DNA from: a virus
Lineage: Duplodnaviria > Caudoviricetes
Virus record (IMG/VR): IMGVR_UViG_3300035672_000002
Coordinates: 1-62,787 of that record
Strand: one strand, 5' to 3'
DNA: 62,787 nucleotides
Within the stretch, counting starts at the first letter, position 1. Every line of letters starts with the position of its first letter. A program made the translations under genes and the position numbers. This document shows positions 45,142 through 55,461 of this stretch, piece by piece. The notes beneath the pieces are model-generated. The model was not told the origin of the DNA. It saw only the letters and a list, made by a program, of their open reading frames with translations, and made no database searches.

Positions 45142-47436
45142 ATGAGCACGATCGACTACGGCTCCGGCGTTACTTCTCACTCCGGACCCGCCCCGGATTT
45201 CACCAACTACAACGTCCTCGCGAAGTCCGACTACACCCCACCGTCAGACATTCCAAGGTTAGTATTAGGGTGGGCGATTGAAGCGCTACAAGAGTCCGAC
45301 TTCTACATCCGCAACCAACCCGGCTACGGACGCTCGAAAGAACTCGCTCGGCTCATCACCGGTGACGACCGTCCATTCCGCGAAGGTTCTCTATCCACCA
45401 CCTCCGATAACGAAACCGGCCGTCTCTTCGGCGTCCAATCCGCGGACCTCACCGACCTCAAACCTTACTGGCAGTACGAATCCTTCAACTCCGACCACGA
45501 ACAACAGGTCCGGATTCAATCTAATATCCTGACATCGTGGTTCCCGAAGTACGGCGAACGTGCTACTGAACTCGCGATCAAACGTTCTCTCATCGCCGGC
45601 GCATCAGTCCTCAATCTCGTCTGGGACCCGAACCGTCAGGACATCGCCCTCTCCTCCCGTCACATCCATGACGTCCGTCCCATCCGCCCATTCGGTGACA
45701 CTGGTTCCTTCCAGGACTGCTTCGCGGTTATCGACCAACGTGAGATGCCTGTCAATTACGTGAAGTCGATGTTCCCCCACGCTGCCGCGTACATCCGCGC
45801 CGAACGTGATGCGTCGCTCGCATCCGCCCTCAATCAAGCATCCGCGCGCGTCTTCCGCGGCTCTCCACTGATGATGCAGAATCAGCTCGCATCGTTGCCA
45901 TCGTCGAAGCTCGGTGCTCTGCCCGTCGTGGACCTCTACCGCTTATACGTCGATGACCGGTCGATCAACGAGTCTGACGGACCGGTGGAGATGGGCGACT
46001 GGGGCGATGCCGCAGATGGAAGTGGTCGTCGCATCCCGCTCAACGACTGGTCGTACACGGTAGAGCCCAACGACCCGCTCTACCCTCTCAAGCGTCTCAT
46101 CATCTTCACACGTGAGGTCATGCTGTACGACGGTCCGTCGAACTACTGGCACGCGATGTTCCCGTACGTCAAGCTCTGTCTCGACACGATGCCCGACTCG
46201 TGGTTCGGTACATCCGCGTTCTGGCGTCTCATCCCGTTACAGCGCTCATTGGACAGACTCTACCGCGCGGTCGACGATCACGTCGCGAAGATCCTCCATC
46301 CCGGAAAGCAGGCGCCTAAGATTGGCGTCGCCGCGTCGGAACTCGCCCGCTTCAAGACGAACATGCCCGGTCAATCCGTCCGTTACGGCCCCGCCGGCAA
46401 GATCGAAATCACCGAGATCCCTGACCTCGATGCGATCGTCCCGATGCAGATCGATAAGATCCTCGCGCGTATGGCCGCGCACGTCGGTGTTCAGCAGGCG
46501 GTGAACATGGCGGCACTCGCGGGATTGTCTGAAGATCCGAAGATCGAGCAGATCCTCGGCACCCTGCAACCCGAGGTGCGTTCCCGTTCCCGTTCGATCG
46601 AAGCCTCGCAGCGGGAGATCGGGACGATGTTCGCATACGATGTCGCGGAGTTCTACCCGATGGGCCGCAGAGTGGCAATGCTCGGAGATGACGGCGTCAC
46701 CACCGAGGACTACGATATCGACCGCTACTCGCTCATCCCCGCGTACGTCGGTTCCGACTACGGACCTGATGGACGTGTCCGCCCCGAGGTGCACGGCAAT
46801 CCGCGTCCCCGCTTCGATCGTGGCCGCGAGTTCTACCGTCAGTTCAGTTTAAACATCAAGCCGGCGTCGATGCTCCAGTCGGCTGAGACGAAAGAGCAGC
46901 TGATGACGTTGACTCTACGTCGGCAAGGCGACATGCCGCTCCACCGCACCTTGAAGAAGATCGGCATCGAAGGTCTCGGACCAGAGCCGAAGGGATCTCT
47001 GATCGATCAGATCACGATGGAGAAGGCCGGGTTGCCTCCTGCGGGCTCGACGCTGAACGCACAGGTGATGCAGACCGCAAAGACAGTGCTCGCCAGCCCG
47101 CAGCTCTCGCAACTCGTGCAGATGGTGTCGACCGATCCCGCCCTCATAGGACCGCTGATGCAGGTGGCGCAGGCGATGGTGCAGGCGGCACAGGGTGGTG
47201 GCAGTGGTGGTGGTGTAGAAGGTGGACCACCCGGAGGGATGGGAGCGGGAGGTGGGGCGGGAGGAGGGACACCACCGCTTGATGGTGCCGGTGGCGGACT
47301 TCCGAATCCCGGCGTCGCCACGTCGACCAACTCTTCGTCTCAATCGTTCGGTGCCCACCGCGGCCCCGGACATCCGCCGTCCGCAGCTCAACCACCGTCG
47401 CAACGTCCTGACGGTCGTCTCGAAGAATCGAAGTAG
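45142..47436 (+). CDS. Portal protein
   Basis: About 765 aa after terL; LYDGPSNY...FPY...WFG......LIPLQ..LD, typical of podovirus-type portals; Gly/Gln-rich tail. Confidence 0.8.
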   Translation: MSTIDYGSGVTSHSGPAPDFTNYNVLAKSDYTPPSDIPRLVLGWAIEALQESDFYIRNQPGYGRSKELARLITGDDRPFREGSLSTTSDNETGRLFGVQSADLTDLKPYWQYESFNSDHEQQVRIQSNILTSWFPKYGERATELAIKRSLIAGASVLNLVWDPNRQDIALSSRHIHDVRPIRPFGDTGSFQDCFAVIDQREMPVNYVKSMFPHAAAYIRAERDASLASALNQASARVFRGSPLMMQNQLASLPSSKLGALPVVDLYRLYVDDRSINESDGPVEMGDWGDAADGSGRRIPLNDWSYTVEPNDPLYPLKRLIIFTREVMLYDGPSNYWHAMFPYVKLCLDTMPDSWFGTSAFWRLIPLQRSLDRLYRAVDDHVAKILHPGKQAPKIGVAASELARFKTNMPGQSVRYGPAGKIEITEIPDLDAIVPMQIDKILARMAAHVGVQQAVNMAALAGLSEDPKIEQILGTLQPEVRSRSRSIEASQREIGTMFAYDVAEFYPMGRRVAMLGDDGVTTEDYDIDRYSLIPAYVGSDYGPDGRVRPEVHGNPRPRFDRGREFYRQFSLNIKPASMLQSAETKEQLMTLTLRRQGDMPLHRTLKKIGIEGLGPEPKGSLIDQITMEKAGLPPAGSTLNAQVMQTAKTVLASPQLSQLVQMVSTDPALIGPLMQVAQAMVQAAQGGGSGGGVEGGPPGGMGAGGGAGGGTPPLDGAGGGLPNPGVATSTNSSSQSFGAHRGPGHPPSAAQPPSQRPDGRLEESK

Positions 47437-47494
47437 TTAGAGTAATCAGAATTAGAATAGTCAGAGTACTCTTACGTAAGGAGCCTCAATCGTC

Positions 47495-47839
47495 ATGGCC
47501 TTCACGCCTTTAAACTCCACCCACCCGATCGTCGTCTACACGTTCGCCGGGATCGCTACTGTAAACCTCGGAGTCGACGTTCTCGGCCTGCCTGATCCCA
47601 CAACGTCGGGTCAAGGTCGCGGTCTCGTCGGACAGTGCGCATGGTTCGGTATTCAGAACCAGACCGGGAGCGACCTGCTCCTCACGCAATCCGCCGTTGC
47701 TACGAAGGGTGTGCTTATTCTCGATCAGCAGACGTATCGCACTCCGCCCGATCAGAACGGAAACGGTTTCGATGCATTCGAATATTGGTTAGTCAGTGCA
47801 GCGGCGGGTGACGTAGTAGTGGAGAGGAAGATTTTGTGA
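47495..47839 (+). CDS. Hypothetical beta-rich structural protein
   Basis: TAAGGAG RBS. Confidence 0.65.
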   Translation: MAFTPLNSTHPIVVYTFAGIATVNLGVDVLGLPDPTTSGQGRGLVGQCAWFGIQNQTGSDLLLTQSAVATKGVLILDQQTYRTPPDQNGNGFDAFEYWLVSAAAGDVVVERKIL

Positions 47840-49035
47840 AGAAACTATCGCTACTACCGCTACTGCCGCTACTGCTGCTACTGACGTTTCTATACGCTAC
47901 TACTCTGTGGGGACAACAAGGCGGAATCTCGTCTCCATACGCCGACCGTTTCCGTCACGTCGTTTTCCTCAATCTGGGGACTCCGCTCGCAGGCCGCGTC
48001 TACTACTGCGATAACTGCTCTTCTACTTCTCCATGTACGAGCGGAGGCACCGGCGCGGTAGCCTTCAGGATCGGGACGGCGTGGAACTGCTCAAATGGTG
48101 GAAGTGGGGTAGCAACACCCGTGAGTGCGGCCAACGGGGGGACGGGGCAATCGACCTACACGAAGGGCGATCTGTTGGCCTCACCGGGTGGAGCAGTACT
48201 CAATAAGTTGGCCGTAGGCTCAGATACCCAAGTCTTGACCGCAGACGCGGCTTCGCTGAACGGGATGAAATGGGCAGCGGCAGGCGCTGGCGCGAGCGCT
48301 CCATTTTCCGACGGCACCGCGCTCATAAAGAATAACGCTGACGCCACCAAGCTGGCGATTTTGAGCACCGCCTCTATTTCTACAGCCACCACGAGGACCT
48401 TCACTCTACCTGATGTGTCCTCCACGCTGTTGACGAGCGACGGCTCCGTGATCGCGGCGGATACGACAACTCAGAAGTTCACCAACGGCGTATCGCTTGG
48501 AGCAACTGCTACGACTCAGGGCGCTCTTCAATTTTTCGACACATCCGGCGCACACTCTGTGACGTGGAGAGTAACGACCGCGAGCACGTCACCGCGGCAG
48601 TGGCAACACGTCGCGAACTTCACCGCCAACCGAACGTTCACCTGGCCGGACGCCACCGTTACCTTAGTTGGTGATACCAATACTCAAACGCTCAGCGGGA
48701 AAACATTCACCTCGCCAACCATCAATAATCCGACCATCAGTCAGCCGACGATCAACACGGGGATCACCTCTGGGACCGGCTTCCAGCACATCCGTGTCGC
48801 ATCGTGCACGACAGCTATCACGATCAACGCCTCATGCGACACGACGATCACCTGGCCGGTCGCGTTCGCGGACACGAACTACACGACCAGTGCGACGCTC
48901 GATACTCCATCCGGGGGTCTTGTATTCGTCCTCAGTACAAAATCAAAAACGACTACCACAATGGTGGTCACGTTGGTCACGTTGACGGCAGCCGCGTCCT
49001 CGGGCACGGTAAACGCCATCGCAATACACGACTGA
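47836..49035 (+). CDS. Tail-fiber-like protein with N-terminal signal peptide
   Basis: GGTG...KGDLL, VLTAD, RTFTLPD, TQTLSGKT fiber motifs; WPVAF.DTNY C-terminal domain; MKKLSLLPLLPLLLLL N-terminus. Confidence 0.7.
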   Translation: MKKLSLLPLLPLLLLLTFLYATTLWGQQGGISSPYADRFRHVVFLNLGTPLAGRVYYCDNCSSTSPCTSGGTGAVAFRIGTAWNCSNGGSGVATPVSAANGGTGQSTYTKGDLLASPGGAVLNKLAVGSDTQVLTADAASLNGMKWAAAGAGASAPFSDGTALIKNNADATKLAILSTASISTATTRTFTLPDVSSTLLTSDGSVIAADTTTQKFTNGVSLGATATTQGALQFFDTSGAHSVTWRVTTASTSPRQWQHVANFTANRTFTWPDATVTLVGDTNTQTLSGKTFTSPTINNPTISQPTINTGITSGTGFQHIRVASCTTAITINASCDTTITWPVAFADTNYTTSATLDTPSGGLVFVLSTKSKTTTTMVVTLVTLTAAASSGTVNAIAIHD

Positions 49036-49046
49036 ATGGAGAAATC

Positions 49047-49352
49047 ATGAACCTCTACGTCCGCAACTTCTCGTCCGCCTTCACCGGAAACGTCGAAATC
49101 TACCTCGAAGATCCTTCAACTTCTACGCCGTGGCCGATATCGCCAACGTACGCAGGCGTCGCCACGACAGCGAACACGGTTCTCCCATGGCCGCGTTCTC
49201 CGCAGGGCGATGTGATCCCGTTCTGGTGCGGCACGAACGACGGTACCGGCCCGCAGAACATCACTGCACACACGCCGTCCGGATCATCGAGCATCCAGGT
49301 CAGATTGCTGGACGATGGGACCGGCGGTCTGGCCTTCACCTTCGTCGGCTGA
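49047..49352 (+). CDS. Hypothetical structural protein
   Basis: GGAG RBS. Confidence 0.6.
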   Translation: MNLYVRNFSSAFTGNVEIYLEDPSTSTPWPISPTYAGVATTANTVLPWPRSPQGDVIPFWCGTNDGTGPQNITAHTPSGSSSIQVRLLDDGTGGLAFTFVG

Positions 49353-49377
49353 TGCAGCGTTCCGACACTCATCGCCA

Positions 49378-51063
49378 ATGAATAGACTGTCCGGTTTCGT
49401 CGAGCGTGGTGACGCCCTCGTCATCCAGAACCTTTCCGGTTCTCAACTCCCCGTCCAGGGATCGTATCCGCTCGCCACCGTCACCGTTTACCTCCCGTCG
49501 ACTCTTACCCCCGCGGCGATCTACTCCGACTCTTCCGGCACTTCAAAACCCAATCCGTTCACCGCCGCTACTGATGGCTCCTACTTCTTCTACACCGCCG
49601 AACCGGTCGTAGACATCACGTTCTCCGGCGGCGGTCTCTCCACTCCGTTCACTCTCTCCAACGTCACGGCAGGCGGGTCACTCCCGTTTCTTATAGCCAC
49701 GACCGCGTCCGAGCTGATCGCCTCGATCACCGCCCTCAATGCCACTTCCGGCGGCACCATCTACTGTGCCCCCGGTACGTACGATCTTCCCGCAGGCGCC
49801 GGTCCCACCGTCACGAAACCGATCAACATTATCGGACCCGGAGCGTCGGCCGGGACGATTGTCTTCCATCCCACAGGACACGACCAGGCCGCGTTCTCGT
49901 TCGATAACGCCGGCGCGGGCGGAACACTCAACTACTGCTCGATCAGCGGCTTCAGTTTCTCTTCTCCGGATACATCGTTCCGCAAAATCATGATCTACCA
50001 CGTCGATACGTGGGGATTCCAAGTATCGAGAATAGCCGCTGCGGATAGTCTATGGAGCGATGCTTCGTTCCTCAGTGAAGGCGTCCGCAGTAAAGGTCGT
50101 TTCCGCTGCCACATGCATGACAGCTCGATCCATACCGACATCCCGCTGCACATCATGCCGAATCCGCGCTTCGCCGCCCTCGACGCCGATCACTTCTGGT
50201 TTGGTCCCGCCCTCGATCTCGCGTCTACAAACGGCAATCCGTGCATCAAGGTCGATGCCACCGTCGTGCTCTCTAACACGACGTTCAGCGGTGTAGCGCT
50301 TCAGAAAGGCGGGTTCGAGTGGGCCGGAACGAGCGCCACCGCTTCACTCCACCTGAGATTCGCTGACTGTCGCTTCGAGCAGATGACAGCCGGTAAATGG
50401 TGTGTGGACATTAGCGGCACGACCTCGATGCAGGCGCTGTCGTTCGACAACATTCGGGTAAGCCCGACTGGAAAAGGTATCCGCTGCCGCAACGTCACGC
50501 AGCTTAATCTCACAGAAGTATTCGACGGCGGGTCGACGGTAGCGCTGGATATCGACGGTACGGTCTATAACACGAAAGGTGACAATATCCGTGTCGGCGG
50601 TTCTACTAGTGTCTCTCTGGTCAATCAAAAGCTCGTCCGCGCCGGTTCGACTTCCGAGGAGACCGGGGCGCTCCCTTCGCCGTTCTTCGAGTACCAGAGC
50701 ACACTATCGGCGAACGGGGTCAGGACAGTAGAATTGGGACTATTGAAGTCCACCTTCCTAGGCAACGGGCTCGCGAACAACGGTCAGGTGCAGCTCGCTG
50801 CTACGTTCGACGGTACTGAGAAGAGCATAGAGTTCCGCGTGTTCGCCAGAAACGCCTCCACTGGTGCAGCGGTGGGCGGTGTGGTGTACGCCACCGGGGG
50901 CGCGAGCGGGACCGCGGTATGTCCTGGGTCGTCGACGACGTTTGACGCCGGAAATATCGGAGGAAAGCTCACGATCCTCTGGCAGTCATCGTTGAACATC
51001 ATTCTGCTCAATCAGCTCGGTGTCGCTGTCGACTACGCGGTTAAGATGACCATCTACAAGTAG
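49378..51063 (+). CDS. Tail spike with beta-helix (pectin lyase-like) domain
   Basis: N-terminal ATVTVY...AIYSD...NPF...DGSYFFY anchor; GGTIYCAPGTY beta-helix start. Confidence 0.75.
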   Translation: MNRLSGFVERGDALVIQNLSGSQLPVQGSYPLATVTVYLPSTLTPAAIYSDSSGTSKPNPFTAATDGSYFFYTAEPVVDITFSGGGLSTPFTLSNVTAGGSLPFLIATTASELIASITALNATSGGTIYCAPGTYDLPAGAGPTVTKPINIIGPGASAGTIVFHPTGHDQAAFSFDNAGAGGTLNYCSISGFSFSSPDTSFRKIMIYHVDTWGFQVSRIAAADSLWSDASFLSEGVRSKGRFRCHMHDSSIHTDIPLHIMPNPRFAALDADHFWFGPALDLASTNGNPCIKVDATVVLSNTTFSGVALQKGGFEWAGTSATASLHLRFADCRFEQMTAGKWCVDISGTTSMQALSFDNIRVSPTGKGIRCRNVTQLNLTEVFDGGSTVALDIDGTVYNTKGDNIRVGGSTSVSLVNQKLVRAGSTSEETGALPSPFFEYQSTLSANGVRTVELGLLKSTFLGNGLANNGQVQLAATFDGTEKSIEFRVFARNASTGAAVGGVVYATGGASGTAVCPGSSTTFDAGNIGGKLTILWQSSLNIILLNQLGVAVDYAVKMTIYK

Positions 51064-51090
51064 TACTTCGGTAGTGTGATGGTCAATATG

Positions 51091-51120
51091 TTGACAATCT
51101 GCCTGGAAGCCGTGTACTCT
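51091..51120 (+). promoter_or_regulatory. Promoter of the capsid module
   Basis: TTGACA-18 nt-TACTCT. Confidence 0.55.
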
Positions 51121-51131
51121 CCGCCCAATAG

Positions 51132-51641
51132 ATGGCATTTCCCGTAGGATCACCCGGCTCAAACATCGGAACACAGCTCGGTTCCGTTAGTGGTAGCGCA
51201 GGTGTGCTCGACGGTCCTCCCCCTCATACCCCTCCTCGACCCGCAGGCGCTGACACACACGCGCTCCTCGGTAACCGCCCCGACTCTGACGTCTCCGGCG
51301 GGTCCGACGCCATGTCCCCGTTCGCTCGTGGCATAGCCGGAGTCGCAGCACTCTTACAGGGCGCTCAGACGATCGAATCCCTAACCCCCGGCCGGCTGTC
51401 TCCGCAGTTTCTGACAGAACTCGACCAGCTTCAATCCTCCTACCCCGCCGAGCTTCAGTCCATGCAGGAGATGCAGAGTCCGCACGGACTGCTGGCTATG
51501 GCGTCGTCGATCAATCCGGGTGGCGGTATCGGCGGGCCGGTACCTCCGAACTCCGGTGGGATGGGCATGGGGATGCCGATGATGCCTGGTATGCAGCAGT
51601 CTTCGGGTATGCCTTCGTCTTCAAGTGTTCCGATGCGTTGA
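51132..51641 (+). CDS. Gly/Pro/Met-rich hypothetical protein
   Basis: ORF upstream of the scaffold gene. Confidence 0.6.
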   Translation: MAFPVGSPGSNIGTQLGSVSGSAGVLDGPPPHTPPRPAGADTHALLGNRPDSDVSGGSDAMSPFARGIAGVAALLQGAQTIESLTPGRLSPQFLTELDQLQSSYPAELQSMQEMQSPHGLLAMASSINPGGGIGGPVPPNSGGMGMGMPMMPGMQQSSGMPSSSSVPMR

Positions 51642-51788
51642 TGTATCGGGATTCAGTAACAGTAGTAACAGTGCAGTAGAAGTCCAACGCAACTAGGAGC
51701 CTCAATTCGTTATCGGGACGATCTCGATTCGTCGGATCTCAGCCTTGTTAACGAACGGCACCGCAAGCTACGAAAGGACAACACGCCC

Positions 51789-52601
51789 ATGGCAATCGAC
51801 GCCCGTTCGTTCATTGACAAACATAAAGATCATCTTACGGCTGAAGAGGTCGCCGAGATCGAAGACACTGCTCGCGGCTACATGTCCGGTCAGGATTACA
51901 ACCGCAACTTCAATCGTCTTAAAACAGAGACGGCTGAGGAAAAGCGTCTTGCCGCTGCTGAGATGCAGGCAGCCAAGGATCATGAAGCTAATCTCCGCGA
52001 TTGGGAGAGAGAACACATGTTCGGCTCTACTGCTGTAGCACAGGCACCTGCCGGTGACTTCATCAGCAAAACCGATTTTCAAGCAGCCCTCAAAGCACAG
52101 GAAGATCGTATCCTCGGACAAGTCGCACCGGCGGTTGGCGGTCTCTACGCTCTCTCGACGGTGATGCCGCAGTTCTACCATGACTACGCCAAGGCGTACG
52201 ACAAGCAATTCCCCGCACAAAAGTTCATCGACTTCTGTAATGAGAACAAGATCGCCGATCCTGCCCTCGGCTACAAGCTATTCACGACGGAAGACGAGAA
52301 AGAACGTCTGACGAAGTCGCACGCCGCTGACATCGTAAAGGCTGGTGAAGACGCAGTACGGGCATTTCGTACACAGAATCATCTGCCCGAAACTCCGATC
52401 AACCGTGTTTCAGTCCCATCCCCGCTCATGCGTACGCCCCGTCCGATCGCACCGGTCGCACCTGCACAGGCGCAGGCTCCCACCGTTGCTGCACTGAATC
52501 AAGTCGCACCGACGCTGACGCAGCCTGTAATCCCTGCTGCGATGTCGCCGGAAGGTCAGCAAGCCATGCAAGCGAACTTCACGCAGGCGTTAGAGAAGTA
52601 A
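51789..52601 (+). CDS. Putative capsid scaffolding protein
   Basis: YMSGQDYNR, helical and charged; directly upstream of the capsid gene. Confidence 0.7.
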   Translation: MAIDARSFIDKHKDHLTAEEVAEIEDTARGYMSGQDYNRNFNRLKTETAEEKRLAAAEMQAAKDHEANLRDWEREHMFGSTAVAQAPAGDFISKTDFQAALKAQEDRILGQVAPAVGGLYALSTVMPQFYHDYAKAYDKQFPAQKFIDFCNENKIADPALGYKLFTTEDEKERLTKSHAADIVKAGEDAVRAFRTQNHLPETPINRVSVPSPLMRTPRPIAPVAPAQAQAPTVAALNQVAPTLTQPVIPAAMSPEGQQAMQANFTQALEK

Positions 52602-52712
52602 CAGTCCGAATCGTCCCACGACCTCCGGGTCAGTAACGGTTCGGGTGTGCAGCACGTAACACACTTGAATTTTTACTGACTTTTTACTGACTATGACTAT
52701 GGAGGTCACATC

Positions 52713-53813
52713 ATGTCTCTCGTAGACGCCCTCAACGTCGCGCAACGCGACTACATCGCTGATATGGGCGAGTCCGCCACTCTGTCTGACAACGTGTCCC
52801 AAGGTTCGGCGATTTCGACGAAACTTCGCCCGAAAGCCCGCCCGTTCCCTGGTGGCACGAAAATCACAGAGAACTTTCAGTACAACGTAATGCCGGGCGG
52901 CGGTCATGCCCTCGGCGTGCGTCACACCAACACCCAGCGTCAGACCGCCAACCGCGGCCAGTGGGATATGAAGTACGTCAAGGTCGACGTCGTTTTCAAC
53001 AAGACGCAACTGGCCGTCCTCAATGGCGGACGGATGATGGTCTACCCGCTCCTCAAGAAAGAGCTGGAATGGGCGTACACCACGCTCGGGATGTTCATGG
53101 AGATCGCCTGCTATCTCCCCGGACAGAACGTCGGCTCGATGCCATTCCTCAACAACATCAACGGCCTCTCCGAAATCGCCAACGACAACTCCACCGCGTC
53201 ATTCGACGGCAATACGTATCCTACGTATGCAGACGCCTCCCGCACGGACGCGAACGTAGGCAATCGCATCAAAGGCCAGATTGCTACAGTCGGTGGGCCG
53301 ATCTCGTACGCCGCCCTCGAAGCATCGTACGCGTCCGCGAAAGTCGGGAACATGCAGCCCGACCTCGGCCTCACCACCGAGAAGTGCTACTCGTACATCA
53401 AGAACAAGTTCCAGACTCAACAGCGCTTCCAGGACACAGTCGAGCCGACCATCGGATTCACGGGTCTCAAGTTCAACAAGGCGACGATCATCGCCTCGAA
53501 CTACTGCCCCGGCACGTACATCAGCGGGTCGAACGATCCCGCCGCTGTCGAGTACGTGACAACCACCACGGCCGACCAGCCGGGCGCCATCACCGCCTAC
53601 CCCACGATGACCGCCGAGAGCTTTTTCTGGGCGAATACGGACGACCGCGTGATGCACTTCTACATCTCCGACTCCGAGCCGTACAACGGCGGATTCGACC
53701 CGTTTATCGCCGACCCGTGGTCGGACGACATTGTCGGTCGCGTGCGTCTGGGATGGAACCTCACTGCGATCAACCCGCGCTTTCAAGCGCAGTTGACGAA
53801 CATCCAAGCGTAA
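52713..53813 (+). CDS. Major capsid protein
   Basis: 366 aa; GGAGGT RBS; strong codon bias; GG..I, NGL, PD...TT, GF..LKF...I, NPRFQ pattern. Confidence 0.85.
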   Translation: MSLVDALNVAQRDYIADMGESATLSDNVSQGSAISTKLRPKARPFPGGTKITENFQYNVMPGGGHALGVRHTNTQRQTANRGQWDMKYVKVDVVFNKTQLAVLNGGRMMVYPLLKKELEWAYTTLGMFMEIACYLPGQNVGSMPFLNNINGLSEIANDNSTASFDGNTYPTYADASRTDANVGNRIKGQIATVGGPISYAALEASYASAKVGNMQPDLGLTTEKCYSYIKNKFQTQQRFQDTVEPTIGFTGLKFNKATIIASNYCPGTYISGSNDPAAVEYVTTTTADQPGAITAYPTMTAESFFWANTDDRVMHFYISDSEPYNGGFDPFIADPWSDDIVGRVRLGWNLTAINPRFQAQLTNIQA

Positions 53814-53826
53814 AGGACTGACGACC

Positions 53827-54480
53827 ATGACTACGATCCCCAATCCCGTCTCCCCCGTTCCTCCCGTCCACCCACTTCTCGACGCTTTCCGCGCGGCAAC
53901 CGACAACCTCGCTGCTCGTGTCGTTGCACACAACAAGGCCATCATCGCCGCCGGCCAGATGACGCCGGCGCAGGCCGAAGAGGGGTCGGCGATCGTTTCG
54001 ACGCTCTACGCCCTCGCCGTATCCGCGACGAATCCGATCCCCGATCCGATGGTCACGAAGGTCACGCCGGCGACGATCGAGAATGTCCCGCCGATCCCGC
54101 CTGATACGTTCGTCTCACCCGTCTCACCCGTCGCGTCGAGTTCACCGGACTTCGGTCCCTTTGAAGTCGTACGGGGCGGTACGCTCGACGTCGATGTATC
54201 CGAGGGTCTGCTTTCCCGTTCGATCGCCCCGAAGGGCACCGATGAGCTGCCTGCGGTCCCTCTCACAGTCTCTACCCTCAACGGACCGGCCCACTCTGCG
54301 GGCTTCGTCCTCAACCCTGACGGGTCGTTCCACTACATCCACGACGGCTCCGACTCCACTTCTGACAGCTTTACGTACCACACGAACGACGATCTTCAGA
54401 CGGACCCGGTACGCACCGTCAATATCAGTATCGTCGCCATTGCCGTTGTCGAGAAGTCGAGCAAGAAAGCCGGTAAGTAG
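53827..54480 (+). CDS. Ig/cadherin-like domain protein (possible capsid decoration)
   Basis: GPAH..FVLNPDGSFHY.HDGS...SDSFTY. Confidence 0.7.
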   Translation: MTTIPNPVSPVPPVHPLLDAFRAATDNLAARVVAHNKAIIAAGQMTPAQAEEGSAIVSTLYALAVSATNPIPDPMVTKVTPATIENVPPIPPDTFVSPVSPVASSSPDFGPFEVVRGGTLDVDVSEGLLSRSIAPKGTDELPAVPLTVSTLNGPAHSAGFVLNPDGSFHYIHDGSDSTSDSFTYHTNDDLQTDPVRTVNISIVAIAVVEKSSKKAGK

Positions 54481-54584
54481 TCAGTTGCAGTTGCAGTTGC
54501 AGTCACAGTACGTGTACGTGTAGCAGTTTCCCGATACACCCTTCGACTATTCATCATTCATCTCACTACTGAAGGAGCTACATC

Positions 54585-55100
54585 ATGGCTACGAAACGTT
54601 TCTTCTCTCTCGGTGCTGGCGGGTCCGCCATCGGATTCGTCGTCGACACTCTCCCCCTCGGCGGACAGATCGGCGGCGTCTTCGAAGACAACTCGCAGAA
54701 CCGCTTCCAATGCTTCCAGGTCGTGGACGCGAACGTCGCTACGAAGTCGATCGTCTTTGCGAAGTCGCACACCGGCTCGTGGACCGCAACGCCGACTGTC
54801 GCCAACTCGTCCCGCAACGAAGCCTGCGGCGTTACTACCGTCGCCGTCACGGCTAACCAGTTCACCCTGCTTCAGCAGGGCGGTGTCCTCGCCGTCACGT
54901 ATACCGGAACAGCGGCTCTCACGCTCGCCCGCGGCTCTCTGATCGTTCCTGATTCTGTCGCTCCGAACACCGCAGACGGCAAGAACGCCGGCACTGCCGT
55001 AGTTCTCGCGGGCAATCAGAACATCCAGCACATCGGCGTCGCGCAAGCCGCCGCTTCCGGTGGCTTCGTCTCCACGTTCCTGAACATCCAGCCGCTGTAA
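54585..55100 (+). CDS. Putative capsid cement/decoration protein
   Basis: AAGGAG RBS; small Ala/Gly/Thr beta-rich protein after the capsid gene. Confidence 0.6.
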   Translation: MATKRFFSLGAGGSAIGFVVDTLPLGGQIGGVFEDNSQNRFQCFQVVDANVATKSIVFAKSHTGSWTATPTVANSSRNEACGVTTVAVTANQFTLLQQGGVLAVTYTGTAALTLARGSLIVPDSVAPNTADGKNAGTAVVLAGNQNIQHIGVAQAAASGGFVSTFLNIQPL

Positions 55101-55118
55101 CTTTCACCTCTACCTAAC

Positions 55119-55165
55119 GGGGAGCCGTCACGCGCTCGTCTGTATCTGAACGCTGACGGCTCCCC
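55119..55165 (+). other. Intergenic stem-loop
   Basis: GGGGAGCCGTCA / TGACGGCTCCCC perfect 12-bp inverted repeat; no U-tract. Confidence 0.6.
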
Positions 55166-55180
55166 ACGGAGACTACTGAC

Positions 55181-55444
55181 ATGGCCGCTGCTTCCGTCAC
55201 CGCCCTCGATCCGATCGTCGTCACCGGAAACATCCGGTTGCGTACATACAACGTCACTTCAGTCGCCGACACCAACACGTTCGCCGTCATCGAATTCAGC
55301 ACTGTTATCGGCGCGTGGCTTCAGCCCGAGGTTGCGTTGACCTCCATGCCGGGCATCGCACTTTCCGGCGCCGGTAACAAGACTCTCACCTTCGCGATGT
55401 CTGCCACCATCACCGCCGGGAAGCTGTTCATCCTCGGTCTCTGA
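55181..55444 (+). CDS. Small structural protein
   Basis: GGAG RBS. Confidence 0.65.
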   Translation: MAAASVTALDPIVVTGNIRLRTYNVTSVADTNTFAVIEFSTVIGAWLQPEVALTSMPGIALSGAGNKTLTFAMSATITAGKLFILGL

Positions 55445-55461
55445 TACTGACGATTCGATAA

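Noticed and set aside
53805-53830. Programmed frameshift extending the capsid protein into the Ig-like ORF
   Set aside because: No slippery site seen, and the downstream ORF has its own AAAGGA RBS
54481-54502. (CAGTTG)n short tandem repeat
   Set aside because: About three units in an intergenic gap with no supporting function
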